This document shows, in pieces, positions 50,286 through 59,823 of a stretch of 64,000 bases of DNA. Location of the stretch: contig CBDCFN010000016.1 in assembly GCA_965216315.1 (NCBI GenBank), positions 192,001 to 256,000 on the forward strand, read 5' to 3'. Each line of letters begins with the position of its first letter. The stretch's first letter is position 1. This DNA is from a bacterium. Its GTDB lineage: Bacteria; UBA10199; 2-02-FULL-50-16; JAJFLM01. The notes below the pieces were generated by a model, which saw nothing but the letters and a program-made list of their open reading frames with translations, was not told the origin of the DNA and made no database searches. A program made the translations under genes and the position numbers.

Positions 50286-50429
50286 ATGTGGAATCAAGTG
50301 ACATACTCGAGGGCGAGACGAGACGAATTTACTTCGTTGAGTCGAGTACGGGGGGTCGGGGGTGTTGGGCGTAGCACACACCCCCGTTATGATGCCCCTC
50401 GAATTAGCTTTGGAAAGGGGACGCAATAA
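50252..50429 (+). repeat. 34-bp imperfect direct repeat (50252-50285 and 50396-50429) flanking two hairpins
   Basis: CCCTCGAATAAGTTTTGGAAAAGGAACGCAGTAA vs CCCTCGAATTAGCTTTGGAAAGGGGACGCAATAA (5 mismatches); inner inverted repeats TACTCGA/TCGAGTA and CGGGGGTGT/ACACCCCCG. Confidence 0.8.
50286..50429 (+). CDS. 47-aa mini-ORF within an inserted palindromic element, ending in a duplicate of the permease C-terminus
   Basis: ATG directly after the permease TAA; MWNQVTYSRARRDEFTSLSRVRGVGGVGRSTHPRYDAPRISFGKGTQ*; its TAA overlaps the next ATG (TAATG). Confidence 0.5.
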   Translation: MWNQVTYSRARRDEFTSLSRVRGVGGVGRSTHPRYDAPRISFGKGTQ

Positions 50430-51295
50430 TGCGTGCGCGGTCGTATTGGTCCATCGTCTGGCGTCGTTACAAGAAAGATCGCATGGCTGTCTTGGGTCTC
50501 GTCTTTGTTGGTTTGATTTTCGCGGTGGCTCTCACGGCCCCCTGGATTTCGCCGCAGGATCCCAGTGCGTATGATTTGTCGGCTGTCTTGCAGGCACCAA
50601 GCTGGGACCATTGGTTGGGAACGGATGATCAAGGCCGTGATGTGGCAAGCCGGTTGATTCATGGGTGCCGCATTTCCATTTCCGTTGGATTTGTTGCGGT
50701 CAGTATTTATGTGTTGATGGGGATCATTATTGGCGGCATTGCCGGTTTTTTTGGCGGAAAAATGGATATGGTCATCAGCCGTTTTATCGAGGTGATCATC
50801 TGTTTTCCGGTCTTTTTTCTAATTCTCACGGTACTCGCATTTATCGGCCCATCAATATATAACATCATGATCGTCATCGGCCTGACCAGTTGGACCGGGA
50901 TTGCCCGGCTCGTGAGAGGAGAATTTTTAAAAAACCGTTCGCAAGATTATGTTCAAGCCGCGCGTGTGATGGGCGGTGGGTCTTCTCGTATTATGTTTCG
51001 ACATATTCTGCCGAATAGTCTCGCCCCCGTCCTCGTGAGTGCCACCTTTGGAGTGGCCGGTGCTATTCTACTTGAATCCGGGCTTTCATTTCTGGGTTTC
51101 GGTGTTCAGCCACCCACGCCAAGTTGGGGGGACTTACTCTCTCAGTCACGGAGTTATATCGATATCGCTTGGTGGTTGACCTTTTTCCCGGGAATGGCGA
51201 TCTTCATGACTATTACCGCATTTAACCTGGTTGGTGAAGGTTTGCGTGATGCGATTGATCCGCGTGCGCACAATGAAAGGATGGCTGAGTTTTAA
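50429..51295 (+). CDS. Peptide ABC transporter permease (OppC/AppC-like)
   Basis: HWLGTDDQGRDV.SRL, ARLVRG, YVQAAR, RHILPN, ESGLSFLG, GEGLRDAIDP. Confidence 0.93.
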   Translation: MRARSYWSIVWRRYKKDRMAVLGLVFVGLIFAVALTAPWISPQDPSAYDLSAVLQAPSWDHWLGTDDQGRDVASRLIHGCRISISVGFVAVSIYVLMGIIIGGIAGFFGGKMDMVISRFIEVIICFPVFFLILTVLAFIGPSIYNIMIVIGLTSWTGIARLVRGEFLKNRSQDYVQAARVMGGGSSRIMFRHILPNSLAPVLVSATFGVAGAILLESGLSFLGFGVQPPTPSWGDLLSQSRSYIDIAWWLTFFPGMAIFMTITAFNLVGEGLRDAIDPRAHNERMAEF

Positions 51296-52116
51296 TGAAT
51301 TCGCCGTTACTTGAAATTAAAGAGTTAGAAACGCAATTTCCATCTGATGGGGGCATCGTTCAGGCTGTCGACAAGGTTTCCATTACAGTAGAAGAAGGTG
51401 AAGTTGTCGGCTTGGTGGGGGAGTCGGGTTCGGGGAAATCCGTAACGGCTCTATCAATTTTGCGTCTCGTCGATGCCCCCGGCCGTATTGTAGGGGGAGA
51501 GATTTTATTTAAGCGTCGGAATGGGGCGCGCATTAATTGCGTAAAGGCTCCAGAGGCGACCATGCGCGAGTTGCGTGGCAGCGAGATTTCCATGATTTTT
51601 CAGGAGCCGATGACGAGTCTGAATCCAGTCTATACCATCGGCAATCAAATCGAAGAGGCGATACTTGTTCATGGAAAGTTGCCGCGTGCCGAGTTGAATA
51701 AACGTGTTTTGGAGTCTTTAGAGCGGGTTCGAATTCCTGATGCGAAACGTATAGCCAAAAATTACCCCCATGAGTTGTCTGGTGGAATGCGGCAGCGGGC
51801 GATGATTGCGATGGCGATTTCCTGTCAACCGCGCCTGCTTCTGGTTGATGAACCCACGACTGCCCTGGATGTCACGATACAGGCGCAAATATTGGAGCTC
51901 TTACGTTCCTTGCAATCAGATCTCGGGATGGCCATGCTTTTTATCACGCATGATCTCGGCGTGATTGCGCAGATAGCAGATAGGGTCGTTGTTATGAATG
52001 ATGGTCGTGTTGTGGAAGAGGCGCCCGTAAAAGAGTTATTTAAAAACCCGAAAGATGATTATACGAAGATGTTGTTGCGGGCGGCACCGCGATTTGAAGA
52101 AGCGAGCGCTAGTTAA
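51295..52116 (+). CDS. Peptide ABC transporter ATP-binding protein (OppD-like)
   Basis: GESGSGKS, MIFQEPMTSLNP, LSGGMRQR, DEPTTALD. Confidence 0.93.
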   Translation: MNSPLLEIKELETQFPSDGGIVQAVDKVSITVEEGEVVGLVGESGSGKSVTALSILRLVDAPGRIVGGEILFKRRNGARINCVKAPEATMRELRGSEISMIFQEPMTSLNPVYTIGNQIEEAILVHGKLPRAELNKRVLESLERVRIPDAKRIAKNYPHELSGGMRQRAMIAMAISCQPRLLLVDEPTTALDVTIQAQILELLRSLQSDLGMAMLFITHDLGVIAQIADRVVVMNDGRVVEEAPVKELFKNPKDDYTKMLLRAAPRFEEASAS

Positions 52117-53106
52117 ATGGGCGAAAACCAACTGCTGAAAATCGAAGAATTAAAAAAATATTTTCCCGTTCGTGGCGGCTTTTTTTCACGCGTGCAGGGA
52201 CAAGTTCGGGCGGTCGATTCCGTTAACCTGGCTCTCAATGGCGGCCAGACCTTGGGCCTTGTAGGGGAGTCCGGTTGTGGCAAGACCACCGTGGGCCGAC
52301 TGATCGTCAGGTTGCTTAAAGAGGATGCAGGGCGCATCCTGTTTGAAGGGGAAGATCTTGCCCATGTATCGGGAACGAAGCTGCGTGATCTCAGGGCTGA
52401 TCTTCAGATGATCTTTCAAGATCCTTACTCTTCATTGAACCCACGGATGTCGGTAGGAGACACAATTGCGGAGCCAATGCTCATCCATAGACGGATTTCA
52501 CGTTCCCAGCGGCGTGTTAAGGTAGGGGAGTTATTGGAGCGAGTCGGGCTTGAACCGGAATTTTACGATCGCTTTCCTCATGAGTTCTCAGGGGGACAGC
52601 GGCAACGCATCGGGATTGCGCGGGCCATCGCCTTGTCTCCTAAGTTGATCGTTGCGGATGAGGCGGTCAGTGCTCTCGATGTTTCCATTGCGGCGCAGAT
52701 CGTTGAGTTGCTCAAGAAGCTCCAGGAGGAGCTGGGAATTGCTTTTTTGTTCATTGCGCATGATCTCCCCTTGGTTCAGAACATGAGTCATGAAGTGGCG
52801 GTGATGTACCTGGGGAAAATTGTTGAGCAGGGCCCGAGCACGGCCTTAACGCGTCCGCTCCATCCGTATACGCATGCCCTCATCGAGGCGGTGCCAGTAC
52901 CGGACCCGGAGAGCAAGCGCGAACGTATTATCCTGAAGGGAGAGGTTCCGTCGCCCCTCAACCCACCGCCGGCCTGTCGTTTTCATCCCCGTTGTCCCTT
53001 GGCTGATACTATTTGCAAAACAGACGAGCCCGAACTAAAAGAATGGCAACCCGGCAGGTGGGCTGCTTGTCACTTTGCAGACAAAGTTTATGAAAATAAT
53101 CCTTAA
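52117..53106 (+). CDS. Peptide ABC transporter ATP-binding protein (OppF-like)
   Basis: GESGCGKT, FSGGQRQR, HPYT, CRFHPRC. Confidence 0.93.
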   Translation: MGENQLLKIEELKKYFPVRGGFFSRVQGQVRAVDSVNLALNGGQTLGLVGESGCGKTTVGRLIVRLLKEDAGRILFEGEDLAHVSGTKLRDLRADLQMIFQDPYSSLNPRMSVGDTIAEPMLIHRRISRSQRRVKVGELLERVGLEPEFYDRFPHEFSGGQRQRIGIARAIALSPKLIVADEAVSALDVSIAAQIVELLKKLQEELGIAFLFIAHDLPLVQNMSHEVAVMYLGKIVEQGPSTALTRPLHPYTHALIEAVPVPDPESKRERIILKGEVPSPLNPPPACRFHPRCPLADTICKTDEPELKEWQPGRWAACHFADKVYENNP

Positions 53107-53116
53107 TGAGGTATTT

Positions 53117-53623
53117 ATGAAATCATTAGTCGTCACGCTTTTGGGGTTTACGTTGTTATTTTCCGCATGTGCCGGTTCGGTGCCCGCGGATAGGAAGCGG
53201 ACGAAGCGTTCAACAACCAACCAGCTCGGCTATGTGCTACCTGGATATAATTTTTCTATTGATGCCGATTACAACCCGAGAACGGCGGGGTTTTTTTCCG
53301 GCTATACCAGTCTGACGGTGGCGATCGTCAATAAAGGCTTTCATGCAATCCGGATGCGTCCCGACAAGGATCGGTGGAAGGTCAAAGACCGTCAGGGCCG
53401 CTGGCATCGCGGTATCTTGGAGATTCAGTATGAAGAACCACTGATCTGGAGTCGCCTCGATCCCCGGGCGCAGAAAATCATGCTCTATCCGGAAATGGTG
53501 CCGCCCGGGTATACGCAGACCTTCCAAATATTTATTCCGGGAACGGTCAATCTAGCCGGGTTTGATCGCATTAAGTATTACAATGCGACGGCCAAAAAGA
53601 CCTTTACGTTTACTCGATATTAA
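53117..53623 (+). CDS. Hypothetical lipoprotein
   Basis: MKSLVV...LFSAC lipobox; GAGG RBS. Confidence 0.7.
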   Translation: MKSLVVTLLGFTLLFSACAGSVPADRKRTKRSTTNQLGYVLPGYNFSIDADYNPRTAGFFSGYTSLTVAIVNKGFHAIRMRPDKDRWKVKDRQGRWHRGILEIQYEEPLIWSRLDPRAQKIMLYPEMVPPGYTQTFQIFIPGTVNLAGFDRIKYYNATAKKTFTFTRY

Positions 53624-53660
53624 AAAAAAAGGCGACCCGATTACCGGGTCGCCTTTTTTA
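53622..53660. terminator. Bidirectional intrinsic terminator
   Basis: A-run, GGCGACCCG, loop, CGGGTCGCC, T-run between convergent genes. Confidence 0.9.
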
Positions 53661-53681
53661 TTTATCTAAGCGAATGGGAAA

Positions 53682-55058
53682 CTATTCAGCTGTACTGCCA
53701 TGCGAACGGGCGAAGTCCGGATAGGCCGCGGCGCCATGTTCGCCGAGATCCAATCCACCGACCTCTTCCTCTTCACTGACGCGGACGCCCATGATCAGCT
53801 TGATGATGAAGAAGGAGACGGCTGCAAACACGAGCGTGAAGGCGCCGATCGAGAGTATGCCGACGGTTTGATGCCAGAGTTGGGTCCCACCGGCCTTGTC
53901 GCCAAAGATGCCGACAGCGAGTGTGCCCCAGATGCCGCATACTAAGTGGACGGAGATCGCACCGACGGGATCATCGACTTTGATCTTGTCAAAGAAGAGG
54001 ACCGAGAACACGACAATGGTTCCCGCGATCAAGCCGATGATGACAGAGTCCTGAACGCTCATCAGATCCGCACCTGCGGTAATGCCGACAAGGCCAGCCA
54101 AGATGCCGTTGAGGACCATTGAGAGATCCGGTTTTTTGAGGACACCCCAGCAGACTAAGGCGGCACCGACACCACCTGCTGCTGCGGCCATTGATGTGGT
54201 AACGAGGACAAGCGAAACCAGGGCCGGGTCCGCACTTAAGACGGAGCCGCCATTAAATCCAAACCAGCCAAACCACAACAGCAGGGCCCCGACAGTCGCC
54301 AAGGGGAGACTATGGCCGAGGATGGGGTGAACACCGCTTTTAGTGTACTTGCCCAGGCGGGGTCCCAGGATAATGGCACACACGAGCGCGGCCCAACCAC
54401 CGACGGAGTGGACCAAAGTCGATCCGGCAAAATCATAGAAGCCTAACTGATCTAACCATCCCCCGCCCCATTTCCATGAACCCGTGATGGGGTAACTAAT
54501 GGCGACAAAGATTGTACTCCATACCATGAAGGAGCTGAGTTTGATCCGTTCAGCGACCGCTCCCGACACGATTGTTGCCGCGGTAGCCGCGAAGACCGCC
54601 TGGAAAAAGAAGTCCGTATACCAGGTATACCCTTCATTGTAGGCCGACGTCATGAAGTCAGCTCCTGATTTGGTGATGCCAAAACCACCCCAGCCCAAAA
54701 AGCCGGCCGCGCCTTCAGCAAACCCAGGATACATGAGATTAAATCCGCAGAGGGCGTAAGTTAAGAAGCCAATGCAGATAATCCAGCTGTTTTTGAACAG
54801 GACGTTGACCGTATTTTTAGAGCGCGTCAGTCCACTCTCTAGGGTGGCAAAGCCGAGATGCATGATAAAGACCAGACATCCCGCCAGCATAATCCAGAGA
54901 TTGTTGACAGTGAAAATACTAACACTGACTCCTTCTTTTGCAGGGGCGGCCGCTTCAGCAGCCGCTGTGACGGCCTCTTGCGCCCATCCCTCACTGATGA
55001 CCCCCATCATCAGGAGTACAAGCGGTAATGCGCTCCCCCATAGTTTCATTCGCTTCAT
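53682..55058 (-). CDS. amtB: Ammonium transporter
   Basis: GFATLESG, FQAVFAA, SGAVAER, DFAGSTLVH, WFGWFGFNGGS, NGILAGLVGIT, DDPVGAISVH. Confidence 0.96.
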   Translation of the reverse strand: MKRMKLWGSALPLVLLMMGVISEGWAQEAVTAAAEAAAPAKEGVSVSIFTVNNLWIMLAGCLVFIMHLGFATLESGLTRSKNTVNVLFKNSWIICIGFLTYALCGFNLMYPGFAEGAAGFLGWGGFGITKSGADFMTSAYNEGYTWYTDFFFQAVFAATAATIVSGAVAERIKLSSFMVWSTIFVAISYPITGSWKWGGGWLDQLGFYDFAGSTLVHSVGGWAALVCAIILGPRLGKYTKSGVHPILGHSLPLATVGALLLWFGWFGFNGGSVLSADPALVSLVLVTTSMAAAAGGVGAALVCWGVLKKPDLSMVLNGILAGLVGITAGADLMSVQDSVIIGLIAGTIVVFSVLFFDKIKVDDPVGAISVHLVCGIWGTLAVGIFGDKAGGTQLWHQTVGILSIGAFTLVFAAVSFFIIKLIMGVRVSEEEEVGGLDLGEHGAAAYPDFARSHGSTAE

Positions 55059-55209
55059 TCTAAATTCCTCCTTAAATATTTAATCTGTTTCCTTTGCCCT
55101 GTTCCCAAGTGCCCCGTTAGACAAGCAATCTGTTATCTAACGGGGCTAAGGAGAGTACTCATAACGAGTACAACCCTATTGGGTTGTTTTAGGCGTGAGT
55201 TAAGAATCT

Positions 55210-55560
<351 letters not shown>

Positions 55561-55607
55561 TTAAAAAAGTACAAAAAACAGTTTCATTCTGATGCAGTAT
55601 GTCATTA

Positions 55608-55624
55608 AGCAAATGTCGTACCAA
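55608..55624 (-). promoter_or_regulatory. sigma54 promoter of glnK-amtB
   Basis: Minus strand TTGGTACGACATTTGCT (GG-N10-GC). Confidence 0.75.
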
Positions 55625-55707
55625 ACTAGCTTTTTATCGGAAAATAATAAATTGCCTTGTAAAATCATGAGGTTATATCCTCAATTGATGGAGAAATAGG
55701 CATTCGC

Positions 55708-55754
55708 GACAGGCATGTTTCATGACAATAGTGTCGATCAACGACAAAATTGAA
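55708..55754. promoter_or_regulatory. Candidate enhancer (UAS): three GACA-N4-TGTC-like sites
   Basis: GACAggcaTGTT, GACAatagTGTC and GACAaaatTGAA, about 90-130 bp upstream of the -24 box. Confidence 0.45.
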
Positions 55755-55798
55755 GAACAGCCTTGACGCATTGTGCTATGGTTCGCTACGACGGGGTC

Positions 55799-57334
55799 AT
55801 GGATCAGAACTTGACCCGACGCCAGGGCGAGCGGCTGGCCGCTCTCTCCGAGATCAGTAAGTTGGTCGTGGGGACGACGGATGCGGATCGCGCCACGTTG
55901 GAAGTCTTTAACGCGCTTCGGGATCGTTTTAAGATCCTCGGAGGTCTGCTGGGGCTCCGGAATCAGGAGAGCGGCAAGGTCGAAGTCGTCGCCGCATCGG
56001 GATTTCCCAGCAAGCTGCGTCGTGATGCTCACTTTCGCTGGGCCAGTACGTTGCTGGAAGATGTCGTGCGAACCGGTTATGCCCAGGTCATTGCCAATGT
56101 ACGCGAGGAGTCGACTGAAAAAACGGCCTTGTCCAATGAGGACCAGACTTGGGCCGTGTGTGTGCCGATTCGCGTGCGGGGTCGCACGTCCGGAGCCTTG
56201 TGGATCGAGCAAGGCTACACTGACAAAGCAGGGCCCTTTGAAGAGGCGGTTAATTTTCTCCGGATCGTTGCGGCCATTGTCGGTCAGGCTTATGAATTAC
56301 AACTTCGTTTTGGGCGAACCCAACAAAGTAGTCGGAGTGGGGATGCCGAAGAATTTAGTGGTTCCCGCTTAATCATTGGCACCAGTCCCGTGATCCGGGA
56401 GGTCTTGCAGGCTATCGATCAGGTCGGCCCGGGTGGAGCGACTGTCTTGATTCGAGGTGAGAGCGGGACCGGTAAAGAGCTGGTGGCGAAGGCCTTGCAT
56501 CAGGTGAGCCCGCGTAAGGGAGGTCCTTTCGTCAAGGTCGTGTGCGCGGCCCTCCCGGAGACTTTGTTGGAAACTGCCCTTTTTGGGCATGAGCGGGGAG
56601 CGTTTACCGGAGCGACGGAGCGTAAACACGGTTTTTTGGAAGAGGCCTCGGGGGGGACGCTTTTTTTAGATGAGATTGGGGAGATTTCTCCGTCGACTCA
56701 AATTAAGTTGTTACGGTTTTTGCAGGAGCGGACCTTTGAACGGGTAGGCGGCACCAAGCCCATCTCTGTCGATGTGAGAATTATTACGGCGACCAATCGC
56801 GATCTTGAGTTGGAGGTGAGCCGGGGGCAATTCCGCGAAGACCTTTATTATCGTCTTAATGTCGTGCCGATTACCTTGCCACCGTTGCGCGAGCGCGCCG
56901 AAGATATTCCCCTCTTGATTGAGCACTTTGTGAATGAGCTGAGTCAGCATTATAAAAAGGAAATCGTATTTGCCGGGGATGCCGTACGCAAGATGCAAGA
57001 GTATGACTGGCCGGGCAATGTACGCGAGCTAGAGAACTTTATCGAAAGGCTGATGGTCTTAGCGCCGGACCGATTAATTACCGCCAAAGATATTGTGTTG
57101 CCGCGGACGCAAACCCGACTCCAGCCGACTTCAATCCAGAAACCGGTTTCCACTGAATTGCCGTCGACACGTCCCACCTTACATGAGATCGAGCGCGAGC
57201 AGGTCGTGAAGGCCTTGGAGCTGGCCGGTGGGGTGCAGACGGTTGCCGCCCGCCAACTCGGCATTAGTCCACGCCAGCTGGCCTATCGCGTCAAAAAATA
57301 CCAAATCGCGCGCAAGACCGTAAAATATTCCTAA
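55799..57334 (+). CDS. GAF-AAA+-Fis-HTH sigma54-dependent activator (NifA-like architecture)
   Basis: N-terminal GAF domain, GESGTGKE, GAFTGA, LFLDEIGE, WPGNVREL, C-terminal HTH. Confidence 0.92.
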   Translation: MDQNLTRRQGERLAALSEISKLVVGTTDADRATLEVFNALRDRFKILGGLLGLRNQESGKVEVVAASGFPSKLRRDAHFRWASTLLEDVVRTGYAQVIANVREESTEKTALSNEDQTWAVCVPIRVRGRTSGALWIEQGYTDKAGPFEEAVNFLRIVAAIVGQAYELQLRFGRTQQSSRSGDAEEFSGSRLIIGTSPVIREVLQAIDQVGPGGATVLIRGESGTGKELVAKALHQVSPRKGGPFVKVVCAALPETLLETALFGHERGAFTGATERKHGFLEEASGGTLFLDEIGEISPSTQIKLLRFLQERTFERVGGTKPISVDVRIITATNRDLELEVSRGQFREDLYYRLNVVPITLPPLRERAEDIPLLIEHFVNELSQHYKKEIVFAGDAVRKMQEYDWPGNVRELENFIERLMVLAPDRLITAKDIVLPRTQTRLQPTSIQKPVSTELPSTRPTLHEIEREQVVKALELAGGVQTVAARQLGISPRQLAYRVKKYQIARKTVKYS

Positions 57335-57596
57335 ATCGTCAAAATAACTGACTTTTTGTGTCTGTCTTTTTGACGACTGGGGTCAAAATTTACCCGCGGA
57401 GTGGGGAGCCCCTTATCTCGCCGTAACTCCCCTTGTTTTCGATATTTTTATCAAAATGATAGTTAAAAATGACGCTAAATTTCATCGTCATTGAGTCATG
57501 CCCACGCCTTAGCCATAAATAGATTATCATTTTGATAACTATTTAACTGCCTAAAATATAAAGCAATTTAATAATTATAAGAATTTGAAATGACAA

Positions 57597-57613
57597 TTGG
57601 CACTGTCTTTGCA
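57597..57613 (+). promoter_or_regulatory. sigma54 promoter of the lipoprotein metallopeptidase
   Basis: TTGGCACTGTCTTTGCA, a near-consensus -24/-12 site with an AT-rich stretch upstream. Confidence 0.8.
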
Positions 57614-57756
57614 GCATTCAGGGCAGTGTGAGTGTTCACGTTTTCGTCGTTCGGGGAAGCAAATGGGCAGCAAAAGGACGACGGAAGCAGCCGCTCTTGG
57701 GTTTGGGGGAGAGGAAGAGGGCAGACAAAGGAGCTTACTAGCTGAAGGGGGCGATA

Positions 57757-59418
57757 ATGAATCGGGCAAAACGTGGGCATGAGTGGGGAGGGCTCACGGT
57801 TGGAATCATAGCTTTCATGATGATGACGGTCGTTGGTTGTATGGGAGGGTCAGACACGACCCAACCGGCAGTGCAATCAGCGCCACTCAACCAACCAGGC
57901 GAAAACGCGATTAATGGAATGAATTTGGGGGAGGTGCAGTTCTTGGATTTTGGTAGTGGGCAGGGAGTTGATCTGAATTTCGATTCGAATTCGGCAGAAG
58001 ATACCTATCTTGCCGTGTTGCACTCGAATAATGTTCGTGAAGGGGCCTTCAATGTGGTCATTCAAGGCTCTTCTTCGGCAACCGTACCGACGCAATCGTA
58101 TCAAACTCTCGAATTAGGCGATTCTCCTCTAGATGATGAAGTGGATGACAACCCCATGCATGAACTTTCACGTGCCTGGTCGGCTGTTTATGCCAGCAGT
58201 CCCGATGTCGTTCCGGTTGAACCGCGTCACTCGGCTATGGCGGCGATGACGGTCGGAGATCAAGTGGGTCAAACCGAGACTTTCCGTGTTCTCAATTCAC
58301 TGAGTTCAGTGACAAACTATACAACGGTCACGGGTCGTTTGCGTTATATCGGTGATGATATCCTTGTCTATGTTGATACGGCGATGGATGACGATGAATA
58401 TCTTACGGATGCTGAGATTGATGAGATGGCCAGTAATTTTGAAACGCATTCAATGGCCATTGAAAGAAATCTTTTTGGACGCGAATCGGATGTCAATGCG
58501 GATGGCAAAGTCACTATTTTGATGACGCCGGTTCTGAATGAGATGTGCCTACCTACCGGCATCGTAACGGGGTTTTTCTTTCCTGGAGACCTTTACGAAC
58601 AAGATAGCAGCAATCCGGCTTCCAATGCACAGGAGATATTCTATACGCTCGTACCGGATCCGGAGGGACGGTTCTGTCGCGCCTTAGGTCTCGAGTTTAC
58701 GATGGATAATATCCTGCCAGGCGTATTGGCCCATGAATATCAACACATGATCAGCTTTAATCAGCATGTCTTTCTTAAGGGTGGATCGACTGAAGAGCCA
58801 TGGCTCAATGAATCCCTCTCGCATCTGGCCGAAGATATTACCGGACACGGGCTTGAGAACTATTCGCGCGTCAAACTTTTCTTGGATCGCGCGAATACGA
58901 CGACTCTTATTCCTAACGGCCTGCCCTCATTGGCCGAACGAGGAATGGGTTATCTCTTCCTTCGTTACCTTTATGAGCAAGTCGCGGACAATGAAGCTTT
59001 CATGAATTCCATGCTCATGACGGATAAGACGGGTGTCGGAAACATCGAAGCCGCCTTGGCGAAGGCCGGTGCAAGTTTTTCAGAATTCAGTCAGGGCTTT
59101 GCTCATTGGCAGGTGGCACTGGTTTTAAGTGGAACCGGACTGACCAATGATAATCGATATAATTATCAAGCGCGCCGTATCGACGAAGTGACCGGCAATT
59201 ATAAAGGTATTTGTATCAAATGTGACTCTAATGACGGTCGTGGGACCATTCTCGATGGGCCTGTCATGGCGGAGATCAATAGTTTACCGCTCACTGTCGA
59301 TTTGGAGTCGGCCGGAACGAGATTTTTAAAGATTAAGGCGCCTGGGACCTTGTTGTCGATTAACGGTTCCAGCGGAATTAATTTGGGAGGTGCACTTATT
59401 CGACTGGAGGCAAACTGA
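57757..59418 (+). CDS. Lipoprotein zinc metallopeptidase (gluzincin, M30/hyicolysin-like)
   Basis: Lipobox VVGC; FG.ESDV.ADGK..IL, GFF...DL, LAHEYQHMI, WLNESLSHLAE. Confidence 0.85.
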   Translation: MNRAKRGHEWGGLTVGIIAFMMMTVVGCMGGSDTTQPAVQSAPLNQPGENAINGMNLGEVQFLDFGSGQGVDLNFDSNSAEDTYLAVLHSNNVREGAFNVVIQGSSSATVPTQSYQTLELGDSPLDDEVDDNPMHELSRAWSAVYASSPDVVPVEPRHSAMAAMTVGDQVGQTETFRVLNSLSSVTNYTTVTGRLRYIGDDILVYVDTAMDDDEYLTDAEIDEMASNFETHSMAIERNLFGRESDVNADGKVTILMTPVLNEMCLPTGIVTGFFFPGDLYEQDSSNPASNAQEIFYTLVPDPEGRFCRALGLEFTMDNILPGVLAHEYQHMISFNQHVFLKGGSTEEPWLNESLSHLAEDITGHGLENYSRVKLFLDRANTTTLIPNGLPSLAERGMGYLFLRYLYEQVADNEAFMNSMLMTDKTGVGNIEAALAKAGASFSEFSQGFAHWQVALVLSGTGLTNDNRYNYQARRIDEVTGNYKGICIKCDSNDGRGTILDGPVMAEINSLPLTVDLESAGTRFLKIKAPGTLLSINGSSGINLGGALIRLEAN

Positions 59419-59432
59419 TTACAATATTTGAA

Positions 59433-59551
59433 GTCGTTCGAAAAGTTCCCAGCTGTGAGGCAGGGCGACGAAGTGTGACACAGGCGTACTGATACGTACG
59501 CCGAGGAGCCACTAAGGAGCCCAACGATGCAGATGGTGGTTTTCGAACGAC
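59433..59551. mobile_element. MITE-like non-autonomous element (119 bp)
   Basis: Perfect 12-bp terminal inverted repeats GTCGTTCGAAAA / TTTTCGAACGAC; internal hairpin GGCGTAC..GTACGCC; no ORF. Confidence 0.6.
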
Positions 59552-59561
59552 GGAGTTTGCC

Positions 59562-59793
59562 CGACACTGGCCTAACCCTCCCTAAGTGGGCCAGTAACCC
59601 CAAGCCAGGTTCCCCCCCGATTCCCCGTTGGGGGGGAACCGTTTGGCGGAACGAAAGCACAGCTTCCGTTCCACCATAGTCAGGGGGAAGAAAAACTCTC
59701 TCCCCCCTAACGACCCCCCATCGTGGGTTAAATTGGGGTAAAGTTCTTTAACACGCCGAAGAGGGGCGGACCCGAGGAAGGCCGCCCCTTTTT
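59562..59793 (+). ncRNA. Candidate structured small RNA (tandem hairpins, C-rich loops)
   Basis: Four or more consecutive GC-rich stems (59566-59595, 59608-59640, 59644-59676, about 59678-59713) ending in a terminator. Confidence 0.4.
59759..59793 (+). terminator. Intrinsic terminator
   Basis: AAGAGGGGCGG, loop, CCGCCCCTTTTT. Confidence 0.8.
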
Positions 59794-59823
59794 ACTATCA
59801 CAAATAATTTTCAGGATTGTTGA

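Noticed and set aside
55799..57334. nifA and nitrogen fixation
   Set aside because: Only the domain architecture matches; no nif genes are in the window and the nearby palindrome is TGT-N9-ACA, not N10.
59433..59640. 6S RNA
   Set aside because: The segment has short terminal inverted repeats followed by independent hairpins rather than one long rod, and no typical 6S gene context; Infernal would settle it.
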